Of a DNA stretch of 64,000 nucleotides, positions 35,288 to 44,959 are shown one piece after another (within the stretch, counting starts at the first letter, position 1; each line of letters begins with the position of its first letter). Under the pieces are notes generated by a model. It made no database searches. It was not told the origin of the DNA and saw only the letters and a list, made by a program, of their open reading frames with translations. A program made the position numbers and the translations under genes. The DNA is taken from NCBI GenBank assembly GCA_040768585.1, contig JAXGMQ010000001.1, forward strand, positions 1,675,224 through 1,739,223, read 5' to 3'. This DNA comes from Caldisericia bacterium (GTDB taxonomy: Bacteria > Caldisericota > Caldisericia > JAAYUI01).

Positions 35288-35844
35288 TTTTTCCTATACT
35301 CCTTGTTTTTGCTACTATGTATAATAATTACAACCTATGCGCTTGCCTCTCCGTTTGTGCCATTTGCTTTTTTTTGATTTTGTATTGTTCATCATACTAC
35401 CCCCTCGTTACTTTCTCAGATATTTTGTGTGCCTCTTAGTGTATGCCAAACACACAAAATATAACTGACAGCTACTCAGGTGGGTGCGTGTAATCGAATT
35501 ATCTTCGAGATGTGAAAGCGTTTCACCTGAGTTTGCACAAATCCCCAGGCGACGCGAGAAAAAGAGTGTGCTAGGTTTTTCTCCTAGCGGATGCGTTTCG
35601 CCCAGAGGTATGCACCTGCGTGACACCAAGGCATACATGCCTTACAACCTGTGAATTTGTTCATCAACATACCTCCTTTCTGGCTATATCCTTCTTATTA
35701 GACAAGGATGTTACAAGCACTTGCTTAGTTTGTCAACCTGTTTTGATTGGTAAAATGTAAAATCTATTGCCCAATGCGCATTTTCTCACTGGGATGTTTT
35801 TTATTGACAATCAAATCAAATCGGCTAGCATACTAAGGCGAGGT

Positions 35845-35920
35845 GCCAAGATAGCTCAGTTGGTAGAGCAGTGGACTGAAAATCCTCGTGTCGGCGGTTC
35901 AAATCCGTCTCTTGGCACCA
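35845..35920 (+). tRNA. tRNA-Phe (anticodon GAA) with encoded CCA.
   Basis: Acceptor stem GCCAAGA / TCTTGGC. U8-A9. D arm GCTC-AGTTGGTA-GAGC. Anticodon loop CTGAAAA. T arm GGTTCAAATCC. Discriminator A + CCA. Confidence 0.9.
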
Positions 35921-36037
35921 TTTTCTTATCCTCCTGGTCAGTGATTGTTTCCACATTCAAATTGCTTTAATGCTATCTTCACTTCTATCACCCCTTTTAT
36001 TTTGATGATCTGATTATTATTGCCACAAGGGGGTTGT

Positions 36038-37204
36038 ATGGGTAAATATAAAATATGGATAGTTGTCGTTTTCTGTTTAGTTGTTGCTCTGCCGGTCTTG
36101 GCTGATTCTCATCAGGTGCTGGAATTCTCAGTAAATTCAAATGTTGCAGTCGTTGATGGTGTTGGATTGAAAATGCCAAAACCTTCCATTCAGATCGATG
36201 GAGAAACCTATGTACCTGTTGAATTTCTATCAGACAAGGTTGAAGGTGTTTCTGTCGAGAAGATTTCAGAAGGTGAACAAAGCAAGTTAGAACTGAATGT
36301 TGATGATAGATTTGGGGTTGTGATGCCGCTCGATGATTACAATATCATCTGTCAGATTGCGGGTATTTTGGGGAAATATGTCGACTTGAATCTTTGCGAT
36401 GTGGTGTCTGAAATTCTCGAAAACGAAGATGAGCTAACAGATGATGAAATAAAAGCGCTTCTTACAGACTATGACATCCAAGCCGACTCATACATCACAA
36501 AGAAGTTCACAACCTATAAATGGGATTACCTTTTTGAATCGTTGAAATATCAACTTGAGAAAATGAGTGATGAGCTGGAGGATGGAAAGCTCATTGGGCT
36601 GGCAACAAAAGAGAAAACAGGCGGTTACCTGGAAGTAGCCCTTATCGCACTCAATGCGCAGGATGGTTACTGCCCGAATATACCGATGATTGAATATCCA
36701 TTCTATAAGCAAAATGAGGAATCTCTATATTCTTTCATTAAGTATGATAAGGTTCTTATATTTACTACAATCTATTATTGGAATGCTGCCCATAATGAAA
36801 TGTTTGGAATAATGGAGGCCCTAAAAAGAGAGTTCGAAAATAAAGACGTTTCTGTTGTTACGGCATTTTTGTCCTCATTTTCACACGATTCTTTGGATGA
36901 ATTTTGTGCTGATACGAGAGAGGATATGAATAATGGGTATCATACTGCCAATCCTTGGTTGGAGAAGAATGGATTTAAGATAATCAACGGGAAAGACATT
37001 ACGCATCACACAGCAATCTTTAGTGATAGTGCTTATCATCATGGAGTTGAGCCTCTTGGTATTGATGGACAACGTAAGATTCTAATTATCACACCAAACA
37101 AGGAGATTATTCAGAGATTTGATTTTGATAGATACAGGCTAAATAGAGATGATTTTGAACAAGTCAGGACTGCGGTTCAGGAGTATCTTGATAACAAAAA
37201 ATGA
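36038..37204 (+). CDS. Secreted or lipoprotein-like protein with an N-terminal copper-amine-oxidase-N-terminal-like domain and an unknown C-terminal domain.
   Basis: Signal peptide MGKYKIWIVVVFCLVVALPVLA with RBS AAGGGGG. The segment VAVVDGVGLKMPKPSIQIDGETYVPVEFL resembles stalk repeats. Confidence 0.6.
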   Translation: MGKYKIWIVVVFCLVVALPVLADSHQVLEFSVNSNVAVVDGVGLKMPKPSIQIDGETYVPVEFLSDKVEGVSVEKISEGEQSKLELNVDDRFGVVMPLDDYNIICQIAGILGKYVDLNLCDVVSEILENEDELTDDEIKALLTDYDIQADSYITKKFTTYKWDYLFESLKYQLEKMSDELEDGKLIGLATKEKTGGYLEVALIALNAQDGYCPNIPMIEYPFYKQNEESLYSFIKYDKVLIFTTIYYWNAAHNEMFGIMEALKREFENKDVSVVTAFLSSFSHDSLDEFCADTREDMNNGYHTANPWLEKNGFKIINGKDITHHTAIFSDSAYHHGVEPLGIDGQRKILIITPNKEIIQRFDFDRYRLNRDDFEQVRTAVQEYLDNKK

Positions 37205-37216
37205 GGGAGGTGAATC

Positions 37217-37933
37217 ATGAAGAAGTTGCTTGCATCTTTGATTTGTGTTGTTCTCGTGTCTGGCATTGGATACACCTTGGCATCTGAGGATGTTCCGCCG
37301 GAAGAGGCTGCAGGTGACACACAGGGGTTACAAAAACTCATTTTTACACTCGATTCAAACATCGTCGAGTTTGATGGCAAGCAAGCCCTCATGAGCCAAC
37401 CGCTCTTCAATATTGGCGAATACCACTACCTAAGCCTTGATTTCTTGGCAGCCACAATCAAACAGTTCAGACTAGAGAAAAACGACGAAAAGCTGAAACT
37501 ATCGATAAATACAGAAGCAGTCAAAAAACCAACTCCAGAGATTGAGGTGGAGTTGATTCAAACTGAACTGCTTACCCTGATAAATGGCAGAAGAGATTCA
37601 ATGGGGCTTGATGAGCTAAATCTTGATGATGGACTAACTGGTGTGGCTTTTGAGTTCTCAAAACTCTATTCAGATGACGAGTCATTTGAGCTTGACTCAA
37701 AGACTGTGGTGGCGCGTCTTGATGAACTCGGTGTTGAACATGGTTTTGTAAATGTCTGCGCTTCAAAGGATCTTGTGTGGCAAAATATAGGAAAGTCGAT
37801 TTTCGAAAACAGGATACTTGGCACAACCGACGGCAACCGTATGATAATCGACAAAAAGACGTCTAGAATCGGTATCGCATCAACTCCAAACAGAGACGAG
37901 TTTGCCTATACCGTGATTATCCTCTCCAGATAA
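37217..37933 (+). CDS. Secreted CAP/SCP (YkwD-like) domain protein with an N-terminal stalk-like domain.
   Basis: Signal peptide MKKLLASLICVVLVSG. LINGRRDSMGLDELNLDDGLTGVAFEFS resembles the CAP-domain N-terminal helix motif. Confidence 0.55.
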   Translation: MKKLLASLICVVLVSGIGYTLASEDVPPEEAAGDTQGLQKLIFTLDSNIVEFDGKQALMSQPLFNIGEYHYLSLDFLAATIKQFRLEKNDEKLKLSINTEAVKKPTPEIEVELIQTELLTLINGRRDSMGLDELNLDDGLTGVAFEFSKLYSDDESFELDSKTVVARLDELGVEHGFVNVCASKDLVWQNIGKSIFENRILGTTDGNRMIIDKKTSRIGIASTPNRDEFAYTVIILSR

Positions 37934-37963
37934 AACAATCAAAACGACAAAATAGTACAAAAA

Positions 37964-37992
37964 ATCTCCCGGTTTTCCTGGGGGATTTTTTT
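37964..37992. terminator. Bidirectional terminator between the 37217 gene and the convergent nifU-like gene.
   Basis: AAAAA-TCTCCCGG-TTTTCC-TGGGGGAT-TTTTTTA. Confidence 0.6.
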
Positions 37993-38029
37993 ATGTAGGC
38001 AATAAACCAGTAAAGTTTGTGAACAAACC

Positions 38030-38455
38030 CTAGTGTCCGTGTTCCTCTTCCTCTGGGTCTTCAATCTCTTCATATGGCATTCCATGTTTCTTTTTGTAGT
38101 CGTTGATTGCTCTGGCAAGCGCTGCTGTGCCGAGGTTTGAGCAATGCATCTTGTTTGGGGGGAGTCCACCGAGTTCTTCGGCAACCTGTTTTTTTGTGAG
38201 TTTGAGCGCTTCATCAATATGTTTGCCAAGAGCGAGTTCTGAGACCATAGATGATACAGCAATCGCCGCGCCACAGCCAAATGTCTTATATTTTACGTCC
38301 CTGATTATCCCGTCTTCATCAACTTTGATGTAGAAAGTCATCTGGTCGCCGCAAACAGGATTTCCGACATTTCCCGTTCCGTCAGGGCTGTCTATCTCAC
38401 CCACGTTTCTTGGGTTTCTGAAATGTTCCATAACTTTATCTGAATACATCGGCAT
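38030..38455 (-). CDS. Fe-S cluster scaffold protein (NifU N-terminal / IscU-type).
   Basis: YSDKVMEHFRNPRNVG...NPVCGD...FGCGAAIASS...HCSNLG conserved Cys ligands. Confidence 0.85.
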   Translation of the reverse strand: MPMYSDKVMEHFRNPRNVGEIDSPDGTGNVGNPVCGDQMTFYIKVDEDGIIRDVKYKTFGCGAAIAVSSMVSELALGKHIDEALKLTKKQVAEELGGLPPNKMHCSNLGTAALARAINDYKKKHGMPYEEIEDPEEEEHGH

Positions 38456-38457
38456 TT

Positions 38458-39636
38458 TTATTCATTCTCCTTTGGAGCAATTGGTGACATCTTTCGGAGT
38501 CTCTCGATAATTCCTGGAAGAATCTCCATCACCTTGTCCACCTGTTCTTTTGTGTTGTCTTTTCCAAACGAAAATCTGAGTGTGCTGTTACATATTTCGT
38601 GTGGTAGGCTGATGGCAAGCAGGACGTGGGAGGCGTGCAAATCGCCTGCTGTGCAGGCGGAGCCAGACGACGCCTGAATGTTGCCTTCCATATCGAGGAA
38701 CATCAGGATGCTCTCCCCCTCAACATAGCGGAAACTGATGCTCGCAACCTGCGGAAGTCTGTTGGTTCGGCTGCCATTGAAACCCACATACTTAATCTCC
38801 TCAGAGATTCTTTTTTCAAGGTAGTCTCTGAGTTCCTTGGTATGTTTGTAGCTGTCATCGAAGTTTTCTTTGGCAAGTCTTGCTGCCTCTCCCATACCAA
38901 CAATTCCGGGAGTGTTGTACGTGCCTGGGCGGATGCCCTTTTCATGCCCCCCACCTGTGTAGATTGGTTTGATATTTATGCCCTTTTTGATATAGAGAGC
39001 GCCAACTCCCTTTGGGCCATAGAATTTATGTGCTGAGAACGATGCCATGGAGATACTGAACTTCTCAACATCAAACTCCATCTTGCCAGCGGCTTGAACA
39101 GCGTCAGTGTGGAACCATACACCCTTTTCCTTGCAGATTTTGCCAATCTCTTCCATCGGTTGAATTGTGCCCAGTTCGTTGTTGGCTGCCATTACTGAGA
39201 CAATGCATGTTTTGTCTGTGATTGCGCTCTTGAGTTGTTCAAGATTTATCAATCCATCCGAGTCGACATCGAGGTATGTTGCGGTGGCGCCATAGTTTTT
39301 GACCAGATCCTCGACCGTGTGTAGTATGGCGTGATGCTCGATTTTTGTTGTGATGATGTGATTTTTGCCATTTGGACTCAGTTTCAGGAACGCTCCCCTG
39401 ATTGCCAGGTTATCGGATTCGGTTCCACCTGATGTGAAGATTATCTCATCAGGGCTGGCATTAATGAGAGCCGCCATGTGCGCTCTGGCAATCTCGATAT
39501 CATCCTTGGCTTTTTGCCCAAGGGAGTGGATAGACGATGCGTTGCCGTAGTGTGTCGAATAATATGGTAACATCTTCTCCACAACTCTTTGGTCAACTGG
39601 TGTTGTCGCGCTGTGATCAAGATAGATTGAATCCAT
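38458..39636 (-). CDS. Cysteine desulfurase (NifS/IscS family, PLP-dependent class V aminotransferase).
   Basis: MDSIYLDHSATTP N-terminus. PLP Lys region SFSAHKFYGPKGVGALY. Active-site loop SSGSACT. Confidence 0.85.
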   Translation of the reverse strand: MDSIYLDHSATTPVDQRVVEKMLPYYSTHYGNASSIHSLGQKAKDDIEIARAHMAALINASPDEIIFTSGGTESDNLAIRGAFLKLSPNGKNHIITTKIEHHAILHTVEDLVKNYGATATYLDVDSDGLINLEQLKSAITDKTCIVSVMAANNELGTIQPMEEIGKICKEKGVWFHTDAVQAAGKMEFDVEKFSISMASFSAHKFYGPKGVGALYIKKGINIKPIYTGGGHEKGIRPGTYNTPGIVGMGEAARLAKENFDDSYKHTKELRDYLEKRISEEIKYVGFNGSRTNRLPQVASISFRYVEGESILMFLDMEGNIQASSGSACTAGDLHASHVLLAISLPHEICNSTLRFSFGKDNTKEQVDKVMEILPGIIERLRKMSPIAPKENE

Positions 39637-39638
39637 AG

Positions 39639-39944
39639 CTACTCCTTTTGTTCCCATCTACATCTGCATTTTTCAACATTACTGCAGCCTTTGTCTTCGC
39701 AGGTATTGAAAAAATCAAGGAATTTTTTGACTCCAGAAATGTTGAGCCCTTCTTCGTCAAGAAGGCGCTTGATGTATTTGAGCCTTTCTATGTCAGAAAA
39801 CGAATAGAGCCTGCGGTCGTTGTTGGGGTTTCTAGCGGGTTCAATGAGACCATGTTTCTCCCATAGCCTGAGGGTTCTTTCGCACACCCCGACCATCTCT
39901 GACGCAACGCTCACTGGCATGACTGGTTTTGAATTGTCATCCAT
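39639..39944 (-). CDS. MerR-family HTH regulator with a Cys-rich C-terminal tail. Sits 2 nt upstream of nifS.
   Basis: MVGVCERTLRLWEKHGLIEPARN...RLYSFSDIERLKYIKRL, then CEDKGCSNVEKCRC. Confidence 0.6.
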   Translation of the reverse strand: MDDNSKPVMPVSVASEMVGVCERTLRLWEKHGLIEPARNPNNDRRLYSFSDIERLKYIKRLLDEEGLNISGVKKFLDFFNTCEDKGCSNVEKCRCRWEQKE

Positions 39945-40016
39945 GTTCTTTACAGTAAACTTGTAAATACAGTTTACAAGAAATAGAAAATTAAAAATGT
40001 AAGAAAAGGGAAAATA

Positions 40017-41852
40017 CTATTTCTCAAGATGGTGTAGAACGCTTTTTTGAATCCCCTCTGCATCGAGTCCATATCTTTTCAACAGAACATCCCGTTTTGC
40101 AGCGGGAGGGAATTCATCAGACACCCCCAGGCAGATTGTCTCAACCATGAGTTTCGTTTTTATTCTCTGACCAATTCCACCTTCAACAATCCCGTCTTCA
40201 ATTGTCACAACAAGTTTTTTCCCGTCTGCCTCGGAAGCAATTGTCTCAAAATCAATTGGTTTTGCGAATCTCAGATTTATAATCGAACAGCTGATATTCA
40301 TAGATTCAAGCGCTGACACTGCCTCGAAAACCGCATCTCTAAATACTCCAATAAAGATAATAAGAACGTCGCTTCCTGTTTTTTCAACACAAGCTTTGCC
40401 AAGCAGTACTGGTTTGTCAGTGCTTTCTGGAACTTTGTCCTTCGGATATCTGATGGCGCAGGGAGAATTGAGCGATAACGCAAGTTTGAGCATTTGATCA
40501 AGCTCGTATGCGTCAGCTGGTGCCATGATAGTCATATTCGGCACCGTGGACATGTATGATAAATCAAAGATCCCCTGGTGGGTTGGGCCATCGTCTGGCA
40601 CAAGTCCCGCCCTGTCAATCGCAAAAACAACCGGCAAGTTCGACAACGCGACATCATGTATTATCTGATCGTATGACCTTTGTAGGAAGGTTGAATAGAT
40701 GGCAACCACTGGCTTCATAGAGGCGTTAGCCAGCCCGGTTGCGACTGATACGGCATGTTCCTCTGCAATGCCAACATCAACCAGATTGGTTGGATGCTCT
40801 TTCCCCACAATACCTAGTCCTGTGCCTTCCGTCATGGCTGCGCTTATTGCAACCACTTTTTTGTTTGTTGCGATGAGATCGGATAGGCTTTTGCCAAATA
40901 CCTTTGAGAAGCTCATCTCACCAGGCTTTGTAAAACCATTCTCAGCGATAAATGGGGGTGTGCCGTGGAATTTTGTCGGACCATTCTCAGCGTGAGTGTA
41001 TCCCTTTCCCTTTTTGGTCAAAACGTGTAGGATTACTGGCCCCTTCATGAGTTTAATTCGTTTGAGGAATGCGATAGTCAATTCGGTGTTGTGTCCATCA
41101 ATTGGGCCAAAGTACCTAAAGCCAAGTTGTTCAAAGTATTGATTTGCCATGAGAATATTTTTGAGCGCAGTCTTCAGTCTCATCCCTAATCCGACAACCC
41201 ACTCTCCGAACTTGCCCATTTTGGAGAATCCGCCACTTAATTGCCTGCTCATCGACCTGTAGGTAAGGGATGCCCTGAGCTTGTTGGTGAGGAGTGACAA
41301 CGCCCCAACAGACGGGGATATTGACATCTGGTTGTCATTTAAGACAACCAATACATTACTCTCCAGGGAGCCAATGTGGTTTAGGGCTTCGAAGCTCTCA
41401 CCGCCTGTAAGACTACCATCACCGACGATAGCAACAATGTGGTTTTTCTCACCCTTCATATCTCTGGCTATCATCTCACCTGCCGCAAGAGAGAGGGCGG
41501 TTGATGCGTGACCCGTGTGGTAGTGGTCGTGAGGGGATTCCTTTGGGTCTGGATAGCCTGATATTCCCCCCGCTTGACGTAGCGTGTCAAACTCAGAGAG
41601 TCTGCCCGTCAGGAGCTTGTGTGGATAGCACTGGTGACCAACGTCGAAAATGAATTTATCTGTGGGTGACTCATAGACAGTGTGGAGCGCGATCATCAAC
41701 TCAACAATCCCAAGATTTGAGGCGAGGTGTCCGCCATTCTTTGAAACGACCTCGATTATCTTTTGACGGATATCTTTTGCTAGTTCTTTTTTCTGTTTCG
41801 GCGAGAGTTTGTGTAATTTTTTCGTCGAGTTGATATCACCTAATATATCCAT
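40017..41852 (-). CDS. dxs: 1-deoxy-D-xylulose-5-phosphate synthase.
   Basis: 611 aa. N-terminal LL..I..P.DLK-type region. TPP motif GDGSLTGG. Transketolase-like domains. Confidence 0.9.
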   Translation of the reverse strand: MDILGDINSTKKLHKLSPKQKKELAKDIRQKIIEVVSKNGGHLASNLGIVELMIALHTVYESPTDKFIFDVGHQCYPHKLLTGRLSEFDTLRQAGGISGYPDPKESPHDHYHTGHASTALSLAAGEMIARDMKGEKNHIVAIVGDGSLTGGESFEALNHIGSLESNVLVVLNDNQMSISPSVGALSLLTNKLRASLTYRSMSRQLSGGFSKMGKFGEWVVGLGMRLKTALKNILMANQYFEQLGFRYFGPIDGHNTELTIAFLKRIKLMKGPVILHVLTKKGKGYTHAENGPTKFHGTPPFIAENGFTKPGEMSFSKVFGKSLSDLIATNKKVVAISAAMTEGTGLGIVGKEHPTNLVDVGIAEEHAVSVATGLANASMKPVVAIYSTFLQRSYDQIIHDVALSNLPVVFAIDRAGLVPDDGPTHQGIFDLSYMSTVPNMTIMAPADAYELDQMLKLALSLNSPCAIRYPKDKVPESTDKPVLLGKACVEKTGSDVLIIFIGVFRDAVFEAVSALESMNISCSIINLRFAKPIDFETIASEADGKKLVVTIEDGIVEGGIGQRIKTKLMVETICLGVSDEFPPAAKRDVLLKRYGLDAEGIQKSVLHHLEK

Positions 41853-41938
41853 ATAGATGAGAATCTATCCCCGCTCCCGATGTTTTCAAGGATATTCTGG
41901 CTTGTTTGAACTCCCCGTCTTGTTATAATTTGACAATT

Positions 41939-42346
41939 GTGGAAGATAAACTTTTTAAAATACTGAGAGACTCCAAAGTTATCGTTGTTGTTGGTGCATC
42001 AATAAACCCTGAAAAAGTCAGCTCAAAGATAACAAAGTATCTCATGGCTAAGAAATATAAGGTTTATCCTGTCAATCCTGCCTATATTGGCAAGAAGATC
42101 GGTGGAATTGATTTCCTGTCATCAGTTGCAGAAGTCGATGAGCCGGTTGACATAGTCGATATTTTTAGGAGGTCTGAACATCTGGTTGATCTGGAGCAGG
42201 ATATTCTGCATATAAGGCCAAAGGTGGTGTGGCTCCAACTTGAAATCAGAGAAGAGGGCTTCGAAAAAAGATTGAGAGACGCTGGCATTGAGGTCGTTGT
42301 TGACCATTGCATTCATAAGGTCAGGGAGAAGATGGATGGCAAGTAA
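41939..42346 (+). CDS. CoA-binding domain protein (YccU-like).
   Basis: VIVVVGASINPEKVSSKITKYL...YKVYPVNP. GTG start chosen to fit the family N-terminus. Confidence 0.65.
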   Translation: MEDKLFKILRDSKVIVVVGASINPEKVSSKITKYLMAKKYKVYPVNPAYIGKKIGGIDFLSSVAEVDEPVDIVDIFRRSEHLVDLEQDILHIRPKVVWLQLEIREEGFEKRLRDAGIEVVVDHCIHKVREKMDGK

Positions 42347-42782
42347 AGGGCGAGGTACTAAGTCAAACTGTTTTGGCTGCGGAATAAACAATAAAACTGG
42401 TCTAGGACTCAAATTCTCCATGCTTGATGGAGGGATTGCGTATGCAAACCTCAAACTATCTGACAGATTCGAGGGGATGGATGGGCTCGTTCATGGTGGA
42501 GCGATATCCTCTGTTCTCGATGAATCGATGTCACACGCCATCTTTCGAAACAGGATGAGGTCATCAGTCACGGCAGACCTCTATGTGAGGTATGTCCATC
42601 CTGTCAAAATCAATGAGTCATACACTGTTAGGGCATGGGTAAAAAATGAAAACAGAAAAATTATCGAGACAAAGGCTCAAATAATAGATATCACAGGAAC
42701 CGTTGTTGCCTGGGCGGAGGCGCGGTTTATGTCTTCGGTCGGGTTAACTGGCGGTCACGAGATTGAAAGGCTTGAGGATTGA
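42336..42782 (+). CDS. PaaI-family hotdog thioesterase, copy 1.
   Basis: SNCFGCGINNKTGLGLKF...VHGGAISSVLDESMSHAIF. ATGGCAAGTAA overlap with the upstream stop. Confidence 0.7.
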   Translation: MASKGRGTKSNCFGCGINNKTGLGLKFSMLDGGIAYANLKLSDRFEGMDGLVHGGAISSVLDESMSHAIFRNRMRSSVTADLYVRYVHPVKINESYTVRAWVKNENRKIIETKAQIIDITGTVVAWAEARFMSSVGLTGGHEIERLED

Positions 42783-43222
42783 TGGAAGATAAGGATTCGT
42801 ACTACGGCACTGAATCAAATTGTTTTGCATGTGGCATCAGGAATGAGAATGGGCTGAAGCTGCGGTTTAAGACACTGGAGAATTGTGTCGAGGCATTGTA
42901 CCTGATGACTGACCAGTTTGAGGGTTGGGATGGTGTTATTCACGGGGGCATCATATCGACAATGCTCGATGAAGCGATGTCGCACGCTGTTTTCAGACTG
43001 CTTGGTGAAACGGTGGTGACCGCGGAGATGAATGTGAGATTTGTTAAACCTCTGAGAGTTGGTCATCACGTTAAACTTGTTGGTAGGGTAGAATCGCAGA
43101 AGGGCAGAGTGATAAATACCTCTGCTGAGATTGTAGACCTTGATGATGGTGGTGTGGTTGTGGCAAGGGCGACTGGCAGGTTTGTGAAGGTGCCAATAGA
43201 GCAGGAATTTAGATACGTGTAG
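42779..43222 (+). CDS. PaaI-family hotdog thioesterase, copy 2 (tandem paralog).
   Basis: SNCFACGIRNENGLKLRF...IHGGIISTMLDEAMSHAVF. ATGA overlap with copy 1. Confidence 0.7.
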   Translation: MMEDKDSYYGTESNCFACGIRNENGLKLRFKTLENCVEALYLMTDQFEGWDGVIHGGIISTMLDEAMSHAVFRLLGETVVTAEMNVRFVKPLRVGHHVKLVGRVESQKGRVINTSAEIVDLDDGGVVVARATGRFVKVPIEQEFRYV

Positions 43223-43619
43223 AGGTTGATTGCTTATAAAATTATGTAAATCTCCATAGGTTTTCATTTGTATAAATTTGAAAGAATGCAGTATTAGTCC
43301 GTTTTGTGCGGTGGGGGGCATGCGGTTATCTCAAAAAATTACTAATTAAATAAGAACCTTGTCACCCTAATTCTTTCCATTGAGAATATGGGAGTATGTG
43401 CGTAAAGTGATCTTTTCAACGCGGATATAGAGTTTGTTCACAGAGTAGTTTTTTTCAAAGAGAGAACACATGCATATCCCTTTCTCGCGCTGAGATACGA
43501 ATGTGCAGCCCTCACTCTCCCTGATAATTGAGATACTCACATATTTTTCTCCCTTTAAAGGGAGGGAGAAGGGTATTTTGTGAAATTCAAATCTATACAC
43601 ACACAAAGTCCTAAGTCAC

Positions 43620-44135
43620 TTATTTGTATATCGTATTCCCCTTTGTATCAACAGCAACAATTGCTGGAAAATCCTCGACTTCTAGTTTGTAGATTGCCTC
43701 TGGCCCAAGATGAGAAAACGCGACTATCTCAGCGTGATTGACCTTTGATGCAAGCAGCGCACCCGCGCCACCAAGAGCAGCTAGGTACACCGCATTGTAT
43801 TTTCTGAATGCCTCAATTGTTTCATCAGACCTTGGCCCTTTGCCGATGGTTATAGCCACACCCATTGAAAGCATGGCTGGTGTGTAGGCGTCCATTCGTG
43901 AAGATGTTGTCGGACCAATTGAACCGATTGGTTTGCCATGTGGGGCAGGGGATGGGCCAGCATAATAGATTATCAGGTCGTTGAGGTCAAATGGAATCTC
44001 AGAACCCTCAACAATCAGCTTATGAGCTGCGTCTCTTGCCGTATAAATCTCTCCTGAGATTGCGACCATGTCTCCAGCTTCAAGCTCAAGGAGCTGCTTT
44101 CTGTCAACTGGGGTTGTAATGTTGTGGATTTTCAC
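43620..44135 (-). CDS. Class I fumarate hydratase / L(+)-tartrate dehydratase family, beta (C-terminal) subunit.
   Basis: TPVDRKQLLELEAGDMVAISGEIYTARDAAHK. GTG start overlapping the alpha-subunit stop (GTGA). Confidence 0.8.
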   Translation of the reverse strand: MKIHNITTPVDRKQLLELEAGDMVAISGEIYTARDAAHKLIVEGSEIPFDLNDLIIYYAGPSPAPHGKPIGSIGPTTSSRMDAYTPAMLSMGVAITIGKGPRSDETIEAFRKYNAVYLAALGGAGALLASKVNHAEIVAFSHLGPEAIYKLEVEDFPAIVAVDTKGNTIYK

Positions 44136-44959
44136 AGTGAACCTCTTGCGTGTCTCGCTGCATGGCATTGGATGTTGACAGCTACGGGAAGAGTTGCGAT
44201 ATGGCAGGAGTGGGAGAGAATGTGAACATCAAGCACAGTCGTGTTCCCTCCGAATCCCCCCGGCCCTATACCAAGTTCGTTGCACCTATCTTTTATCATG
44301 GTTTCCAAATTGCCAAACTCATCGCTTCTTGAGTGGATGAGCAATGCCTTCTTTGCCAGGAATGCGCAGTATTCAAACGAACCACCGAGTCCAATACCAA
44401 GCGTAAGTGGTGGACATGCCGATGCACCTTTCTCCCTGACTGAATTTACAACAAATTCGACAACGCCATCAAGTCCATCCGATGGTTTGAGCATCGTTAC
44501 TTTGCTTGCGTTCTCTGACCCGCCGCCTTTGGGACACACTGTTACCTCAAAGATATCACCTTCAACAATCTCAGGGTAGATGATGGCTTTTGTGTTGTCT
44601 CCAGTGTTTCTTCGGTCGATTGGTGATACAAGCATGGATTTTCTGAGATAGCCCTCTTCGTAGCCCTTTGCCACTCCTTCGTTTATGGCATCAACAAGAT
44701 TGAAATCAAGTTTGCATTCGTTTCCAATCTTGACAAAAACAACCGCCATCCCACAGTCCTGACAGATTGGGAGTTTCTCTCTTATTGCTATCTCAGCGTT
44801 TTCTATGATCTGGTCTAATGTATCCCTTGCCCTCTCTGTCGTCTCAAAATCCTTTGCCTGTTTCAGCTTTTCAATCTGGCTTTGCGGCAGGTTGAGGTTT
44901 GCCTCAACACAAAGCTTTGCCACGAGATTGATAAGGCTACTCTCTTGTATATTTCTCAT
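44132..44959 (-). CDS. Class I fumarate hydratase / tartrate dehydratase family, alpha (N-terminal) subunit.
   Basis: MRNIQESSLINLVAKLC...IPICQDCGMAVVFVKIG. The Cys ligands of the 4Fe-4S site are present. Confidence 0.8.
   Translation of the reverse strand: MRNIQESSLINLVAKLCVEANLNLPQSQIEKLKQAKDFETTERARDTLDQIIENAEIAIREKLPICQDCGMAVVFVKIGNECKLDFNLVDAINEGVAKGYEEGYLRKSMLVSPIDRRNTGDNTKAIIYPEIVEGDIFEVTVCPKGGGSENASKVTMLKPSDGLDGVVEFVVNSVREKGASACPPLTLGIGLGGSFEYCAFLAKKALLIHSRSDEFGNLETMIKDRCNELGIGPGGFGGNTTVLDVHILSHSCHIATLPVAVNIQCHAARHARGSL

Noticed and set aside
35408-35638. 76-aa ORF in the rsgA/tRNA-Phe intergenic region
   Set aside because: No RBS and an odd composition. It coincides with the hairpin-dense segment, so it is more plausibly non-coding RNA structure than a gene.
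42336-43222. CxxC motif (NCFGCG / NCFACG) at the N-terminus of both thioesterases as a possible zinc ribbon or novelty
   Set aside because: This N-terminal motif is a common feature of the PaaI/DUF4442-type hotdog thioesterase family. It is not novel.
43549-43564. Perfect 16-nt palindrome CTCCCTTTAAAGGGAG between convergent thioesterase and fumarase operons
   Set aside because: Most simply a shared bidirectional terminator hairpin. There are no flanking features suggesting a protein-binding operator.
44132-44168. 37-nt overlap between the two fumarase subunit ORFs
   Set aside because: Resolved by a GTG start (VKIHNITTP...) that overlaps the alpha-subunit stop as GTGA, which is classical translational coupling. 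Not a frameshift or fusion.
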